Assembly (NCBI GenBank): GCA_963719085.1
Contig: CAVRAL010000004.1
Coordinates: forward strand, 768,001-832,000
Length of the DNA stretch: 64,000 nt
Reading direction: 5' to 3'
Source of the DNA: a candidate division FCPU426 bacterium
GTDB lineage: Bacteria > Oederibacteriota > Muellerivitia > Muellerivitales > Muellerivitaceae
Part shown: positions 1 through 11,406 of the stretch, piece by piece
Layout of the letters: each line of letters begins with the position of its first letter
Numbering within the stretch: the stretch's first letter is position 1
Made by a program: the position numbers and the translations under genes
The notes under the pieces: model-generated
Seen by the model: only the letters and a program-made list of their open reading frames with translations
Told to the model about the DNA's origin: nothing
Database searches by the model: none

Positions 1-2
1 TG

Positions 3-1457
<1,455 letters not shown>

Positions 1458-1465
1458 GGAATCGT

Positions 1466-4036
1466 ATGGCCCGGCTTAAAAAGAAAAAACAAAAGCAAGA
1501 GCTTCCCGAAGACAACGGTAAAAACGGCGTCCCGCCCCTGAACGGCGGCGCCGCTCCCTTAGCCGGAGCCGCGGGCGGCGACGGCGGCGACATCAATCGC
1601 GGCAACATCGTCATGACGGATATTGAGGATGAGATGAAGGATTCTTACCTCGATTACGCCATGAGCGTCATCGTGGGCCGCGCGCTTCCCGATGTGCGGG
1701 ACGGTTTAAAGCCGGTCCATCGCCGCATCTTCATGGGGTTGCATGACCTGGGACTGACGTCCCGCAAGCCTTACCGCAAATCCGCCAAAGTCACCGGTGA
1801 CGTGACGGGGAACTATCACCCGCATGGAACCGCCTCGGTTTACGATTCCATCGTCCGTTTGGCCCAAGACTTTTCCATGCGCTATCCCTTGGTGGACGGC
1901 CAGGGAAACTTTGGCTCCATCGACGGAGATCCGCCGGCGGCCGAACGTTACACCGAAGTCCGCATGTCGCCCTTGGCCGAGGAAATGCTGCGCGACATCG
2001 ACAAGAACACGGTCGACTTCGTCCCCAACTATGACAATACCCGGGAAGAGCCGATTGTCTTGCCCAGCGCTTTCCCCAACTTTTTGGTCAACGGCGCGCA
2101 GGGCATCGCGGTCGGGATGGCCACCAACGTCCCCCCGCACAACCTCACTGAAGTCATCGACGGGCTTGTCCACCTGATTGAAAACCCCCAAGCCACCGTG
2201 AAGGACTTGATTCAATTCATCAAGGGGCCGGACTTTCCGACCGGGGGTTACATTTTAGGGCGCGAAGGGCTTCTGGAGGCCTATAACACGGGCCGCGGCA
2301 GTGTGCGCATGCAGGCGAAAGCTTCCATTGAAGTGGATAAAAAAGACCGCGAACGCATCATCGTGTCCCAATTGCCGTTCCAAGTGAACAAGGCGCAGCT
2401 GATTGAAAAAATCGCGGAACTGGTCCGCGACAAAAAGATGGAAGGCATCACGGACCTGAGGGACGAATCCGACCGCGAGGGCATGCGGATTGTGATTGAG
2501 GTTTCCAAAAACTTCAACGGCCAAGTAGTCCTTAACAACTTACTGACCCACACCTCGCTTCGAACCTCCTTTGGCATCATCATGCTGGCCTTGGTCAACG
2601 GCCAGCCCCGGGTGCTGAACCTGAAGGGCTTGTTGTTCCATTACCTGGAACACCGAAAAGAAGTGGTCATCCGCCGCACCAAGTTCGATTTGGACAAAGC
2701 CGAGAAGCGCGCCCATATCTTGGAAGGACTGCGCATCGCCGTCGATAACCTGGATAAAATCATCAAGACGATCCGGGCCTCTAAAAATACCGAGGAAGCC
2801 AAGAACGCCCTTATTGCGGGCTTCAAGCTGTCGGCGATCCAGGCCCAAGCGATCCTCGAAATGCAGCTCCGTCAATTAACGAATCTGGAAATCAAAAAAA
2901 TTGAGGAAGAATATCTTGAGATCATCAAGACCATTGAGCGCTTGAAAGGCATCCTGGCTTCTGAAAAGAAGCTTTGGCAGGTCATCAAGGAAGAGTTGAT
3001 CGACATTAGGACCCGCTTCGGCGACGCCCGGCGCACCGAGATTATCGGCAAGGCCGAGGACATTAAAGTGGAGGATTTGATCGAGGACGAGCAAGTCGTC
3101 ATCACCCTTTCCCACGCGGGCTATATCAAGCGTCTGCCGGCCGACAGCTATCAAAAGCAGCGGCGCGGCGGTAAAGGCGTGGCGGGCGCCACGGTGCGGG
3201 AAGAGGATTTTATCGAGCGCATGTATACGGCCTCGACCCATGATTACCTGCTGGGGTTCACCAATTTCGGCAAGGTCCATTGGATCAAGGTTTACGAGAT
3301 TCCCGAATCGTCCCGTTACGCCAAGGGGACGGCTTTGGCCAATATTCTCAAGCTCGATGAGCATGAGAAAATCTCGGCGGTCCTTCCGGTGAAGGAATTC
3401 ACCGAAAAACTCAGTGTGATGATGGGAACGGCGAACGGACTCATTAAAAAAACCCTTCTGACGGCTTTCGATAAGCCCCGGGCGGGCGGTATTATCGCTA
3501 TCACCCTGGATAAGGGCGACTCGCTGGTGTCGGCCCACATCACGGACGGAAAACAAGATTTGTTCCTCGCCACCAAGCAGGGCAAAAGCATCCGCTTCCA
3601 AGAAAAGCAGGTGAGGGAAGTGGGGCGCGCCGGCAAGGGCGTCCGGGGGATTAAACTGGGTAAGGGTGATTTGGTCATCGGAATGGAAATTGTCCGGGAC
3701 TCGAAGTCGCTGTTGACCTCTACCGAGAAGGGTTTCGGCAAACGAACCAAGCTCAGCGCCTACCGGCGCCAGGGCCGGGGCGGCAAAGGTATTTTGAACA
3801 TTAAAACCACTTCCAAAAATGGAATGGCCGTCAGTATCGTGGTGGTGGGGGATGAGGATGAGATTATCGCCATGACCGCTTCCGGGAAAGTGATCCGTCA
3901 GCGGGTGAAAGAAATCAAGGGAACCGGCCGTTTGGCCCAGGGTGTTCGGCTCATTAAGATGTCCGACGATGACCGCTTGGTTTCCGTGGTGAATGTGCCG
4001 GAAGAGACAAACGAAGGAGAACCGGGTGAAAAGTAA
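1466..4036 (+). CDS. gyrA: DNA gyrase subunit A
   Basis: SYLDYAMSVIVGRALPDVRDGLKPVHRR, YHPHG, catalytic AAERYTE, GyrA-box QRRGGKG, beta-pinwheel CTD repeats; Lys/Gly-rich N-terminal extension. Confidence 0.98.
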   Translation: MARLKKKKQKQELPEDNGKNGVPPLNGGAAPLAGAAGGDGGDINRGNIVMTDIEDEMKDSYLDYAMSVIVGRALPDVRDGLKPVHRRIFMGLHDLGLTSRKPYRKSAKVTGDVTGNYHPHGTASVYDSIVRLAQDFSMRYPLVDGQGNFGSIDGDPPAAERYTEVRMSPLAEEMLRDIDKNTVDFVPNYDNTREEPIVLPSAFPNFLVNGAQGIAVGMATNVPPHNLTEVIDGLVHLIENPQATVKDLIQFIKGPDFPTGGYILGREGLLEAYNTGRGSVRMQAKASIEVDKKDRERIIVSQLPFQVNKAQLIEKIAELVRDKKMEGITDLRDESDREGMRIVIEVSKNFNGQVVLNNLLTHTSLRTSFGIIMLALVNGQPRVLNLKGLLFHYLEHRKEVVIRRTKFDLDKAEKRAHILEGLRIAVDNLDKIIKTIRASKNTEEAKNALIAGFKLSAIQAQAILEMQLRQLTNLEIKKIEEEYLEIIKTIERLKGILASEKKLWQVIKEELIDIRTRFGDARRTEIIGKAEDIKVEDLIEDEQVVITLSHAGYIKRLPADSYQKQRRGGKGVAGATVREEDFIERMYTASTHDYLLGFTNFGKVHWIKVYEIPESSRYAKGTALANILKLDEHEKISAVLPVKEFTEKLSVMMGTANGLIKKTLLTAFDKPRAGGIIAITLDKGDSLVSAHITDGKQDLFLATKQGKSIRFQEKQVREVGRAGKGVRGIKLGKGDLVIGMEIVRDSKSLLTSTEKGFGKRTKLSAYRRQGRGGKGILNIKTTSKNGMAVSIVVVGDEDEIIAMTASGKVIRQRVKEIKGTGRLAQGVRLIKMSDDDRLVSVVNVPEETNEGEPGEK

Positions 4037-7000
4037 GTATTTTCAAGTTTTCTTACTGATAGGTCTGATTCCGCTGTTGGCTTTGGCGGGGGTTTACGCT
4101 TGGTCGATTTTGAGCGAACCGCCCAAGGGGCCGACGGCGGCCGCGCCTTCGGCGGGTCCGGCGCTCAATCCGGCCACGGTTCAAACCGAAATCAGCACGG
4201 TCTCGTCCTCGCTTTATAACGACTTGAAGAAAACCCACGATGACACGACCACCTTGCTTCAGCATCACGCGGACGCGGACCTCACGACTTTCGTGCAGTC
4301 CCATCCGGGGGTCAGCGGAATCTTGGTGGTTTCTTTGGACGGGAAAAATCTTCGGTCCGTTCCGGCGGTTCCTTCGCTCACGGATCTTTCTTACGGGTCT
4401 TCGGATGAGTTCAAAAGCGTCTTGGATCATTTAAAGAGCGAGCCGGGCGGGATTTACCAGTTTTACACCTCAAAGTTCACCAATCCCTCCTTTGTCTTCG
4501 CCTTGGATTTGTCCGCGGCTTCGGCCGGGGAAGTGGTTTTTGATCTTTCGACCTTGTTTAAGGGCATGAATCTTCATGGCGGCGAAGCTTATATCTTGGA
4601 TGGAAAATCGGGCCAATATCTTTACGCCACCAATCCTTCCCGTTATTCGCAAACTTTTAATACCGCGCAAAGCCCGGCCTTGACCAAGGTCCAAACCGAC
4701 CTTTCGGCGCAGACCGCCGGCATCGCCCAGGGCACGACAACCACTCTTATTTATACCCCGTTCCTCAATTCCTATGGACTGGTGGAAGAAATTCCCCAAA
4801 CCGCCTTTACCGCCCCCGCGGCCGCGCGCGCCGAAGAGGAAACCAGCCCGCTTGAACAGCTGCAAACCCCCGTGACGCTGGCCGCGGTCGTGGCCTTGGC
4901 CTGGGTCTTTTTGATGTTTTATGTGGGGCTGGGACTTTTACTGACGCCTTTGAAAAAAGCCCGGGCCGCGATTTTGGCCGCGGTACAAAGCGGAAAATCC
5001 ATCGGCCCGGATACGCTGGGGCAATTCGGCAAAGACGAAGTGGGACAGATCGTTCAAGCGGCTTCCGATCTTTTAAAGAAGCTGGAATCCGAAAAAACCG
5101 AGTTGGAACGGGATAAAGAAGAAGCCATCCGCCAGGCCCGCGCCTTGATTGAGAATAAAAACAAGGAAGCCCAGCAGATTCAACAGCAGGCCGACGGGGT
5201 GAAGAAAAATCTGGAAGACACCACCCAGCAGCTCAATGACAAGTTAAAAGAATTGGACGCCCTCAAAGGCATGGCCGAGGGGTTGCGCGGTCAAACCGAG
5301 CAGTCCAAAGCCGATAACGCCAAATTGAAGGCGCAGGTTTCGGGATTGGAAACCTCCCAAGCGGACGTTCAAAAAAAATTAGCCGCCGCCGAAAACAAGA
5401 TTAAAGAAACCGAAGCCAAGCTTTTACAAGCCCTGTCCACCGCTTCGCCCCTGCAGGTTTCCCAAGTCCGTTCCGCCGCCATCAAGACCATGGCGGAAGA
5501 ACTCAAGACCACCTTGGGCATCATCAAGGGTTACGTTTCTTCCGCCTTGGGCGCCACCCAAGGCGGGATCAACGAGAAGCAGCAAGAATTTTTGGGAATG
5601 GTCATCAACCGAAGCGCGCGGCTGGAAAAGTTCATCAACGATCTTTTGGATATTTACCAGGTCGAGATTGAGCAGGAAGAGGCGAAGACCGAGGAAGTCA
5701 ACCTGCCCGCCGAAATTGAGGGATTGGCCTTCAACTTCCAAGCCCAAGCCGAGGTCAAAAACATCAAGATCAAGGTGGAGGGGAAACCCAACTTGCCCAA
5801 GGTGCCCATCGTTCGCCGCCGCTTCAATCAGTTGTGGAATATTCTTTACCTGCAAACCATCAAGGACGCGCCCCGGGGTTCCACGATTTCCATTTCCCTG
5901 GAGCCTTTGGGCGAAATGGTCAAGGTTTCGGTCATCGACCCGGGCTTGATCGTCAAACCTGAAAGCCTTCCCAAGTTATTCGATGAGTTTTATGACCCGA
6001 AACATCCGGCTTCGACCCAATTGGCGGGAACGGGCTTAAAATTCGCGCTCATTAAAACCATTTTGGCCGCCCATGGCGGAGGCGCGGTGGCGGAGGCCGC
6101 TGATCCGGGCACCAATCTCATTTTAACCTTCCCGACTAAGCGAAAAGTTCCCGGCGCGGTTTCTCCCGTGGTAAGCGTTACGCCCGCTTCGCCGGCGCCT
6201 GCCGCTCCCGCGGCGGCTAAACCCTTCACCGTCGCGGGGGTTACACCCAGACCTACCGCGCCTTTAGGGCCGGTCCCCGGTCTTGCCGCCAAACCAGCCG
6301 TAGTCGCGCCAACCACTCCCGCTACGCCCAGACCCCTAGGCCCGACGCCGACGGTTGCCCCGTCGGGGCAGATCCCTGGCGCGCCTGTGGCTAGGCCCCC
6401 GGTTACTCCTGGAGTTTTAGATTCGTTGTTATCAGGCAATGTGCCACCCGCGGGCACGGTCCCCGTAGGGGGACCCAAGCCTTCACCCACGGCTTCTATT
6501 CCCCCAGCCGGGACTCCGCCTGCCGCCGCGCCTCCGGTTACTCCCAAGCCCCCAGTGGGGACTTCACCCGCGGCGACTCCGTCAGCGGTAACGCCCAGCT
6601 CCATTGACGCACTTCTCTCGGCGAAGATAGCCTCCGTTTCCGCCACGCCCGTGCCGCCTGGGGGGACAGCGCCCGCGGCGCCTAAACCGCCTATCAGCGC
6701 CGCGCCGAGTGTTCCGAGCGCGCCTTCTCCCCTAGGGACCGCGCCCGCCGCGCCCAGGCCGCCAATGCCCGCTGGAGGAACCGCCCCAGTCGCGCCACGA
6801 CCGCCCATGCCCCCTGCGGGGACTATGCCCCCCGGAATGACGCCGCCCGGAAATTTGCCGCCGATGGGGACTCCGCCTCCTATGGGAGCGCCGAAACCTC
6901 CAATGCCCGGCATGCCGCCATCACCGGGTGTGCCTCGTCCTCCAGTGCCCCCAGGGGCGACCGCGCCTGGGGCTCCCCGACCGCCAATGCCGCCCGGGAC

Positions 7001-7352
7001 GATGCCCTCTGCGGGGACTGTGCCAGGCGTGCCTCGTCCTCCCATGCCCCCGGGAATGCCGCCCTCCGGGGCTCCTGCCATGGGCGCCCCGCGGCCGCCG
7101 TCAGTTCCGGGAGTTCCACCGCCAGCGGGGATTCCGCCAAGGCCAGCCGCGCCGGTCGTTGTCCCGACGTCGATTAAACCAACGGCGCCGCCCGAAGGCA
7201 TTTTGGATTTAGATAATTTGGATAGTTTCAAAGTGGACGATGGATCTAAACCGCCCTTGCCCAAGCCTCCGGTTCCGCCTCCGGGGACCATGCCTACGAT
7301 GGATAAACCCATCGTGAAGAACAAAGACGGCGAAGGCGAAATCATTGAGTGA
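4026..7352 (+). CDS. Membrane sensor histidine-kinase-like protein (Cache-like sensor, HAMP, coiled coil, degenerate HisKA/HATPase) with long Pro-rich C-terminal tail; probable pseudokinase
   Basis: GTG at 4026 after GAAGGAGA, overlapping the gyrA stop. Two TM segments; HAMP-like GKDEVGQI; H-box reads MAEELKTTLGIIKGY; F-box LFDEFY; G2-like GTGLKFALIK; ~400 aa P/A/G/T/M-rich tail. Confidence 0.8.
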   Translation: MKSKYFQVFLLIGLIPLLALAGVYAWSILSEPPKGPTAAAPSAGPALNPATVQTEISTVSSSLYNDLKKTHDDTTTLLQHHADADLTTFVQSHPGVSGILVVSLDGKNLRSVPAVPSLTDLSYGSSDEFKSVLDHLKSEPGGIYQFYTSKFTNPSFVFALDLSAASAGEVVFDLSTLFKGMNLHGGEAYILDGKSGQYLYATNPSRYSQTFNTAQSPALTKVQTDLSAQTAGIAQGTTTTLIYTPFLNSYGLVEEIPQTAFTAPAAARAEEETSPLEQLQTPVTLAAVVALAWVFLMFYVGLGLLLTPLKKARAAILAAVQSGKSIGPDTLGQFGKDEVGQIVQAASDLLKKLESEKTELERDKEEAIRQARALIENKNKEAQQIQQQADGVKKNLEDTTQQLNDKLKELDALKGMAEGLRGQTEQSKADNAKLKAQVSGLETSQADVQKKLAAAENKIKETEAKLLQALSTASPLQVSQVRSAAIKTMAEELKTTLGIIKGYVSSALGATQGGINEKQQEFLGMVINRSARLEKFINDLLDIYQVEIEQEEAKTEEVNLPAEIEGLAFNFQAQAEVKNIKIKVEGKPNLPKVPIVRRRFNQLWNILYLQTIKDAPRGSTISISLEPLGEMVKVSVIDPGLIVKPESLPKLFDEFYDPKHPASTQLAGTGLKFALIKTILAAHGGGAVAEAADPGTNLILTFPTKRKVPGAVSPVVSVTPASPAPAAPAAAKPFTVAGVTPRPTAPLGPVPGLAAKPAVVAPTTPATPRPLGPTPTVAPSGQIPGAPVARPPVTPGVLDSLLSGNVPPAGTVPVGGPKPSPTASIPPAGTPPAAAPPVTPKPPVGTSPAATPSAVTPSSIDALLSAKIASVSATPVPPGGTAPAAPKPPISAAPSVPSAPSPLGTAPAAPRPPMPAGGTAPVAPRPPMPPAGTMPPGMTPPGNLPPMGTPPPMGAPKPPMPGMPPSPGVPRPPVPPGATAPGAPRPPMPPGTMPSAGTVPGVPRPPMPPGMPPSGAPAMGAPRPPSVPGVPPPAGIPPRPAAPVVVPTSIKPTAPPEGILDLDNLDSFKVDDGSKPPLPKPPVPPPGTMPTMDKPIVKNKDGEGEIIE

Positions 7353-7383
7353 TTTTTTTAACGGTCCTTCGGGTCGTTAGACC

Positions 7384-8424
7384 ATGATCCATCCCAGCCG
7401 CAAGGCTGTTCTCGTTGTTTTTTTCTCGTTGGTCGGGTTCATGATTTTGGGGCTCGTTGCCGGTCTTTTTACCGACGGCCCCAAACTTTTAGCGGTCATC
7501 CATAGTCTGAAGATCCCCTCCATCGTGCTGGCTTTTTTATGCATGGGCTGCGCTTACTTCGCCCTTTGCCTTTCTTTCCACAGTCTTTTCGCCATTACGG
7601 ATTATCCCATCCCCGTTCCCCGGCTTTTTATCATCACCTTCATCTCGGCCACCTTTAATTACATTATTTCCTCCGGTGGCATGTCGACCATGGCGGTGCG
7701 GTCCTATCTTTTAAAACAGCAAAAGGTCCCTTATTCGGTCAGCATTCCCATTTCTTTCGCCCAAAATATGATTTTCAACGTGGTGCTTTCTTTCGTTTGT
7801 TTGGGCGGATTGATCTATTTAAAAAACCACCACCAATTCGACGGCGGGCCGCAACAGGCGGTCATTTTTAGTTTTATGACCGGACTCATCGGTGTGGTGT
7901 CAGTGATGGTTTTGGTTTTTTTCAACACAAGGTTCCGCCGCTGGTTTTTGCGGATCCTGATCTTGATCAGCGGTTGGATCAGCCGCCGGCTTTTCAAAAA
8001 AGCTTTAAACCCGGAACGCCTGCGGGCGGACCGCCGCAAAATCGAGGGTTCGGTGAAGTACCTGCATCAAGGCTGGGGAAGGCTCATCCTGGTTTTCTTT
8101 TGGGTGAGCATGGATTGGTTTTTCACGGCCTTGACTTTGTTCTTTTGTTTTCAAGCCGCGGGCGTGGACCTGACCTTCGGGCTTTTGTTGGTGGGATTCG
8201 CGGTGGAATTTCTCACCTCCACCGCCAACGTGGTGCCGGCCGGATTGGGCGTGACGGAAGGCTCAGTGGCCGGCGTTTTTTCGGTGTTGGGGGTCGATAT
8301 CAACCAAGCCTTGATTGCCGCCTTGCTCTTTCGGGTGATCTTCTTTTTCGTCCCGCTGTTGGTCTCAACCGGCCTCTATTTGGATACCATGCGAACCCTT
8401 TGGAAGAACCAGTCCAAAGCCTAG
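7384..8424 (+). CDS. Lysylphosphatidylglycerol synthase TM / flippase-like membrane protein (UPF0104)
   Basis: Multi-TM protein with VPAGLGVTEG and ALLFRVIFFFVP motifs. Confidence 0.8.
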   Translation: MIHPSRKAVLVVFFSLVGFMILGLVAGLFTDGPKLLAVIHSLKIPSIVLAFLCMGCAYFALCLSFHSLFAITDYPIPVPRLFIITFISATFNYIISSGGMSTMAVRSYLLKQQKVPYSVSIPISFAQNMIFNVVLSFVCLGGLIYLKNHHQFDGGPQQAVIFSFMTGLIGVVSVMVLVFFNTRFRRWFLRILILISGWISRRLFKKALNPERLRADRRKIEGSVKYLHQGWGRLILVFFWVSMDWFFTALTLFFCFQAAGVDLTFGLLLVGFAVEFLTSTANVVPAGLGVTEGSVAGVFSVLGVDINQALIAALLFRVIFFFVPLLVSTGLYLDTMRTLWKNQSKA

Positions 8425-8587
8425 TTTGCCTCCCCTTCAAGCGCTCTAGTCCCATGCTTAAATCTCAATAAAACATCCAATTGAAAGTTGGAGTGCTTAA
8501 AAACCCCGGAATTTGAGCCAATTTCATCCATTTGGCCTCTCCAAACAGCCAAATTAGGACACTACCCCTCTAAGACTTTTATATTAC

Positions 8588-8616
8588 TTGACATGAAGTG
8601 ACTAATATTATATATT
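8588..8616 (+). promoter_or_regulatory. Sigma70-type promoter of the sigma-hspR-degP operon, overlapped by a degenerate HAIR-like site
   Basis: TTGACA (8588-8593), 17-bp spacer, TATATT (8611-8616). CTTGACA-N7-ACTAATA at 8587-8607 partly matches the HspR operator CTTGAGT-N7-ACTCAAG. Confidence 0.7.
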
Positions 8617-8664
8617 TATCTCATTAAAGAAAAAGTGAAAGAATAATAAGGTTCGTCAAGGAGA

Positions 8665-9522
8665 TTGAAAATGGAAAAACTACCCTTTTTCAGTGAAGAA
8701 AAATCACTGGGAACTTATCTCAAAGAAATCGCCCGGGTCTCGCTTTTGACGCCCGAGCAGGAAAAAGAACTCAGCCGCGCCGCCCAAAAGGGCGATGAGA
8801 AGGCTTTGACTCAATTGATCGAGGCCAATCTGCGCTTCGTGGTCTCGGTGGCCAAGGGCTACCGCAACCGGGGACTTTCATTCTTGGATCTCATTAATGA
8901 AGGCAACCTGGGGCTGATGAAGGCCGCCCGCACCTTTGATCCGGCGCGGGGTGTTCGGTTTGTCTCCTACGCGGTTTGGTGGATCCGTCAGTCGATTTTG
9001 GCGGCGATTCTGGACAAGGGCGATATCGTCCGGATTCCCCAAAGCCAAACGAAAAAGATCCGCAAGATCAACAAGCGCATGGCCGAGCTTCAGCAAAAAG
9101 CCGGGGAAGAAATGAGCGACGTGGAAGTCATGAAAAAAGCCGATATTGACCGCAAGACGCTCAGCGAAGTGCGGCAATTCAGCCATGGCTACCTTTCGCT
9201 GGATACCACCAAGGTGGGGGACAGCGAAACGCCGATCCTTGATTTTTTAAAGGACCCGCGCGATCAGGATTCCTTCGAGAAGCAATTGATGGATCAAGAC
9301 CTGACCGGCAAATTGACGGGGCTTTTGAAGACCCTGGATCCGCGCGACGCCAAGATTTTGTCCTGGCGCTATGGTTTGGACGGCCAGGGAAGCCGGACCT
9401 TGGATGAGATCGGAAAAAGCTTGAGCATCTCCAAGGAACGGGTCCGCCAAATTGAGGAACGGGCCATGAAAAAAATCCGCGGCGTCGAGGGCGTGGAAGA
9501 GCTCCGGGATTACGTCGCCTAA
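8665..9522 (+). CDS. RNA polymerase sigma factor, RpoD/SigA-like alternative sigma without region 1.1
   Basis: YLKEI, EANLRFVVSVAKGY, DLINEGNLGL, FVSYAVWWIRQSI, TLDEIGKSLSISKERVRQIE; start may be ATG 8671. Confidence 0.92.
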   Translation: MKMEKLPFFSEEKSLGTYLKEIARVSLLTPEQEKELSRAAQKGDEKALTQLIEANLRFVVSVAKGYRNRGLSFLDLINEGNLGLMKAARTFDPARGVRFVSYAVWWIRQSILAAILDKGDIVRIPQSQTKKIRKINKRMAELQQKAGEEMSDVEVMKKADIDRKTLSEVRQFSHGYLSLDTTKVGDSETPILDFLKDPRDQDSFEKQLMDQDLTGKLTGLLKTLDPRDAKILSWRYGLDGQGSRTLDEIGKSLSISKERVRQIEERAMKKIRGVEGVEELRDYVA

Positions 9523-9523
9523 T

Positions 9524-9868
9524 ATGGATCTCTCGCCCGAACATCCGGTTTATACCATCAGTGTGGTCGCCCATCTTTTGGGCGTCCACGAGCAAACCCT
9601 TCGGCAATACGAGCGGTTAGGGCTCGTTTCGCCCTGCCGCACGCTGCGCCGGACCCGCATGTATTCGAAGGCCGATGTTGAGCTCTTGGAATCCATCAAT
9701 TATTTGGTGAAAATTTGCGGGGTCAACCTGGCGGGGGTCAAAATTGTGGTCACCCTTTGCACCCATCACCCCGACCTGGATCGTCTATTAAGGCAGAGGG
9801 AAATTTCCCCGGATACCATCCGGCAGAAATTGAGTGAGTTAAATCAGCTAAAGGATGAGCCACTATGA
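9524..9868 (+). CDS. hspR: MerR-family heat-shock repressor HspR
   Basis: PVYTISVVAHLLGVHEQTLRQYERLGLVSP...RMYS...GVNLAGVK is the HspR signature; located next to degP. Confidence 0.8.
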   Translation: MDLSPEHPVYTISVVAHLLGVHEQTLRQYERLGLVSPCRTLRRTRMYSKADVELLESINYLVKICGVNLAGVKIVVTLCTHHPDLDRLLRQREISPDTIRQKLSELNQLKDEPL

Positions 9869-11394
9869 AAAATCTTTTTATTTTTAAAAGCTTCACCAAG
9901 CCCTTTCCCGCCGCGCTTTTAGCGCTCTGCTTAACCGCGGGCACTGTCGTCCCGGCCCAAGCCCTTAACTTAATGGAGCCCCAAGAAGCGCCGGTGAAGC
10001 TGGGGCCCAATAACGCGGCTTTGGCTTTGCAAAACGCTTTCATCGATGTGGCGGCTTCCGTGAGCCCGGCGGTGGTCAACATCAGCTCTGAATGGACGGA
10101 AGACGTGCAGGGGCTGGGCCAGTTCGGCAATATGAACGACCTGTGGCGCTATTTTTTTAACGGGCCCAACGGCAACGGCGGACAAGTTCCCGAATATAAA
10201 CAAAAGCAACGAAGCCTGGGATCGGGCTTTATTGTCACGTCCGACGGCACGATCGTGACCAATGCCCACGTGGTAGGAAAAGCCGAGAAGGTCACGGTGA
10301 CTTTTGAGAACGGAACCACTTATCCCGCCAAAATTATCGGAAAAGACTTAAAGACCGATATCGCGGTCATTAAGATTACCGACGCCAGTAAAACCTTTCC
10401 CACAGTGGTCTTAGGCGACTCGGATCAACTGAAGGTCGGGGAGTGGGCGATCGCCATCGGCAATCCCTTCGCCTTGGACCACACGGTCACCACCGGGGTC
10501 ATCTCCGCCAAAGGACGTAGTGTGGAGGTCAGCGAGAATGGAGCGGCGCAAAGCTATATCCAAACCGACGCTTCCATCAATCCCGGCAACTCCGGGGGCC
10601 CGCTTTGTAATATTCAAGGCGAAGTCATCGGCATCAATAGCGCCATCTACAGCCAGTCCGGCGGTTCGATCGGCATTGGATTCGCCATCCCGATTAATAT
10701 CGCCAAAAAGGTGGCGGATGATTTGGTGAATAACGGCAAGGTGATCCGCGCCGGGCTCGGCGCCGTGGTGCAATCTTTAAACCCGCAGATCGCGAAAAGT
10801 TTTGGGCTGGCTTCCACCCAAGGAGCGCTTATTTCCAGCGTGAATCCGGGCAGCGCCGCTGAAAAAGCCGGGTTAAAACCGGGGGATATCATTCTGGATC
10901 TGGATGGCCAAACGATTGATAGTTCCAACGATTTGGTGACCAAGCTTTATACCTTCGCCCCCGGCCAAGTGGTTCAACTGACCGTGCTTCGCAACGGAAC
11001 CCAAAGCGAGATGGCGGCCACCCTGCAAACCCTCAGTGACACCGCGGCCGGGCCGGGTTCCGCCGGGGGGGATAATTCCGAAGATTCCACCGCTCCGGCG
11101 GATTCGGGCCAAACCTTGGGGCTTTCCTTCCAAGACCAGACCCCTGACATTCAACAGCAATTGCCCAAGGGCGCCCCGAAAGGTCCGGTGGTGATGGGCA
11201 TCGATCAAGATAGCCCGGCGGCCGCTTCCGGCCTCCAACCCGGCGATGTTATCTTGAAGGTGAACAATACGACGGTCACTACCGCCGACCAGTTGTCGGC
11301 AGTGCTTAAAAAATCCGACCTGAAAAGCGGAGTCCGGCTTTTTGTTTGGCGCGGTGGATCCACCCTCTATAGTTTTTTACAAGACGGTGATTAA
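9865..11394 (+). CDS. degP: Periplasmic serine protease Do/DegP (HtrA), two PDZ domains
   Basis: Signal peptide; catalytic triad motifs TNAHVV, TDIAVIK and IQTDASINPGNSGGPL; two PDZ domains. Confidence 0.93.
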   Translation: MKNLFIFKSFTKPFPAALLALCLTAGTVVPAQALNLMEPQEAPVKLGPNNAALALQNAFIDVAASVSPAVVNISSEWTEDVQGLGQFGNMNDLWRYFFNGPNGNGGQVPEYKQKQRSLGSGFIVTSDGTIVTNAHVVGKAEKVTVTFENGTTYPAKIIGKDLKTDIAVIKITDASKTFPTVVLGDSDQLKVGEWAIAIGNPFALDHTVTTGVISAKGRSVEVSENGAAQSYIQTDASINPGNSGGPLCNIQGEVIGINSAIYSQSGGSIGIGFAIPINIAKKVADDLVNNGKVIRAGLGAVVQSLNPQIAKSFGLASTQGALISSVNPGSAAEKAGLKPGDIILDLDGQTIDSSNDLVTKLYTFAPGQVVQLTVLRNGTQSEMAATLQTLSDTAAGPGSAGGDNSEDSTAPADSGQTLGLSFQDQTPDIQQQLPKGAPKGPVVMGIDQDSPAAASGLQPGDVILKVNNTTVTTADQLSAVLKKSDLKSGVRLFVWRGGSTLYSFLQDGD

Positions 11395-11406
11395 TCCACA
11401 AGCCTC

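Noticed and set aside
5990..7345. 451-aa Gly-rich ORF on the minus strand
   Set aside because: Antisense shadow of the Pro-rich tail (CCN codons read as NGG/GG-rich on the other strand); no start context or domain.
8491..8500. CIRCE-like half site GAGTGCTTAA
   Set aside because: No TTAGCACTC partner 9 bp upstream; the adjacent regulator is HspR-like, not HrcA.
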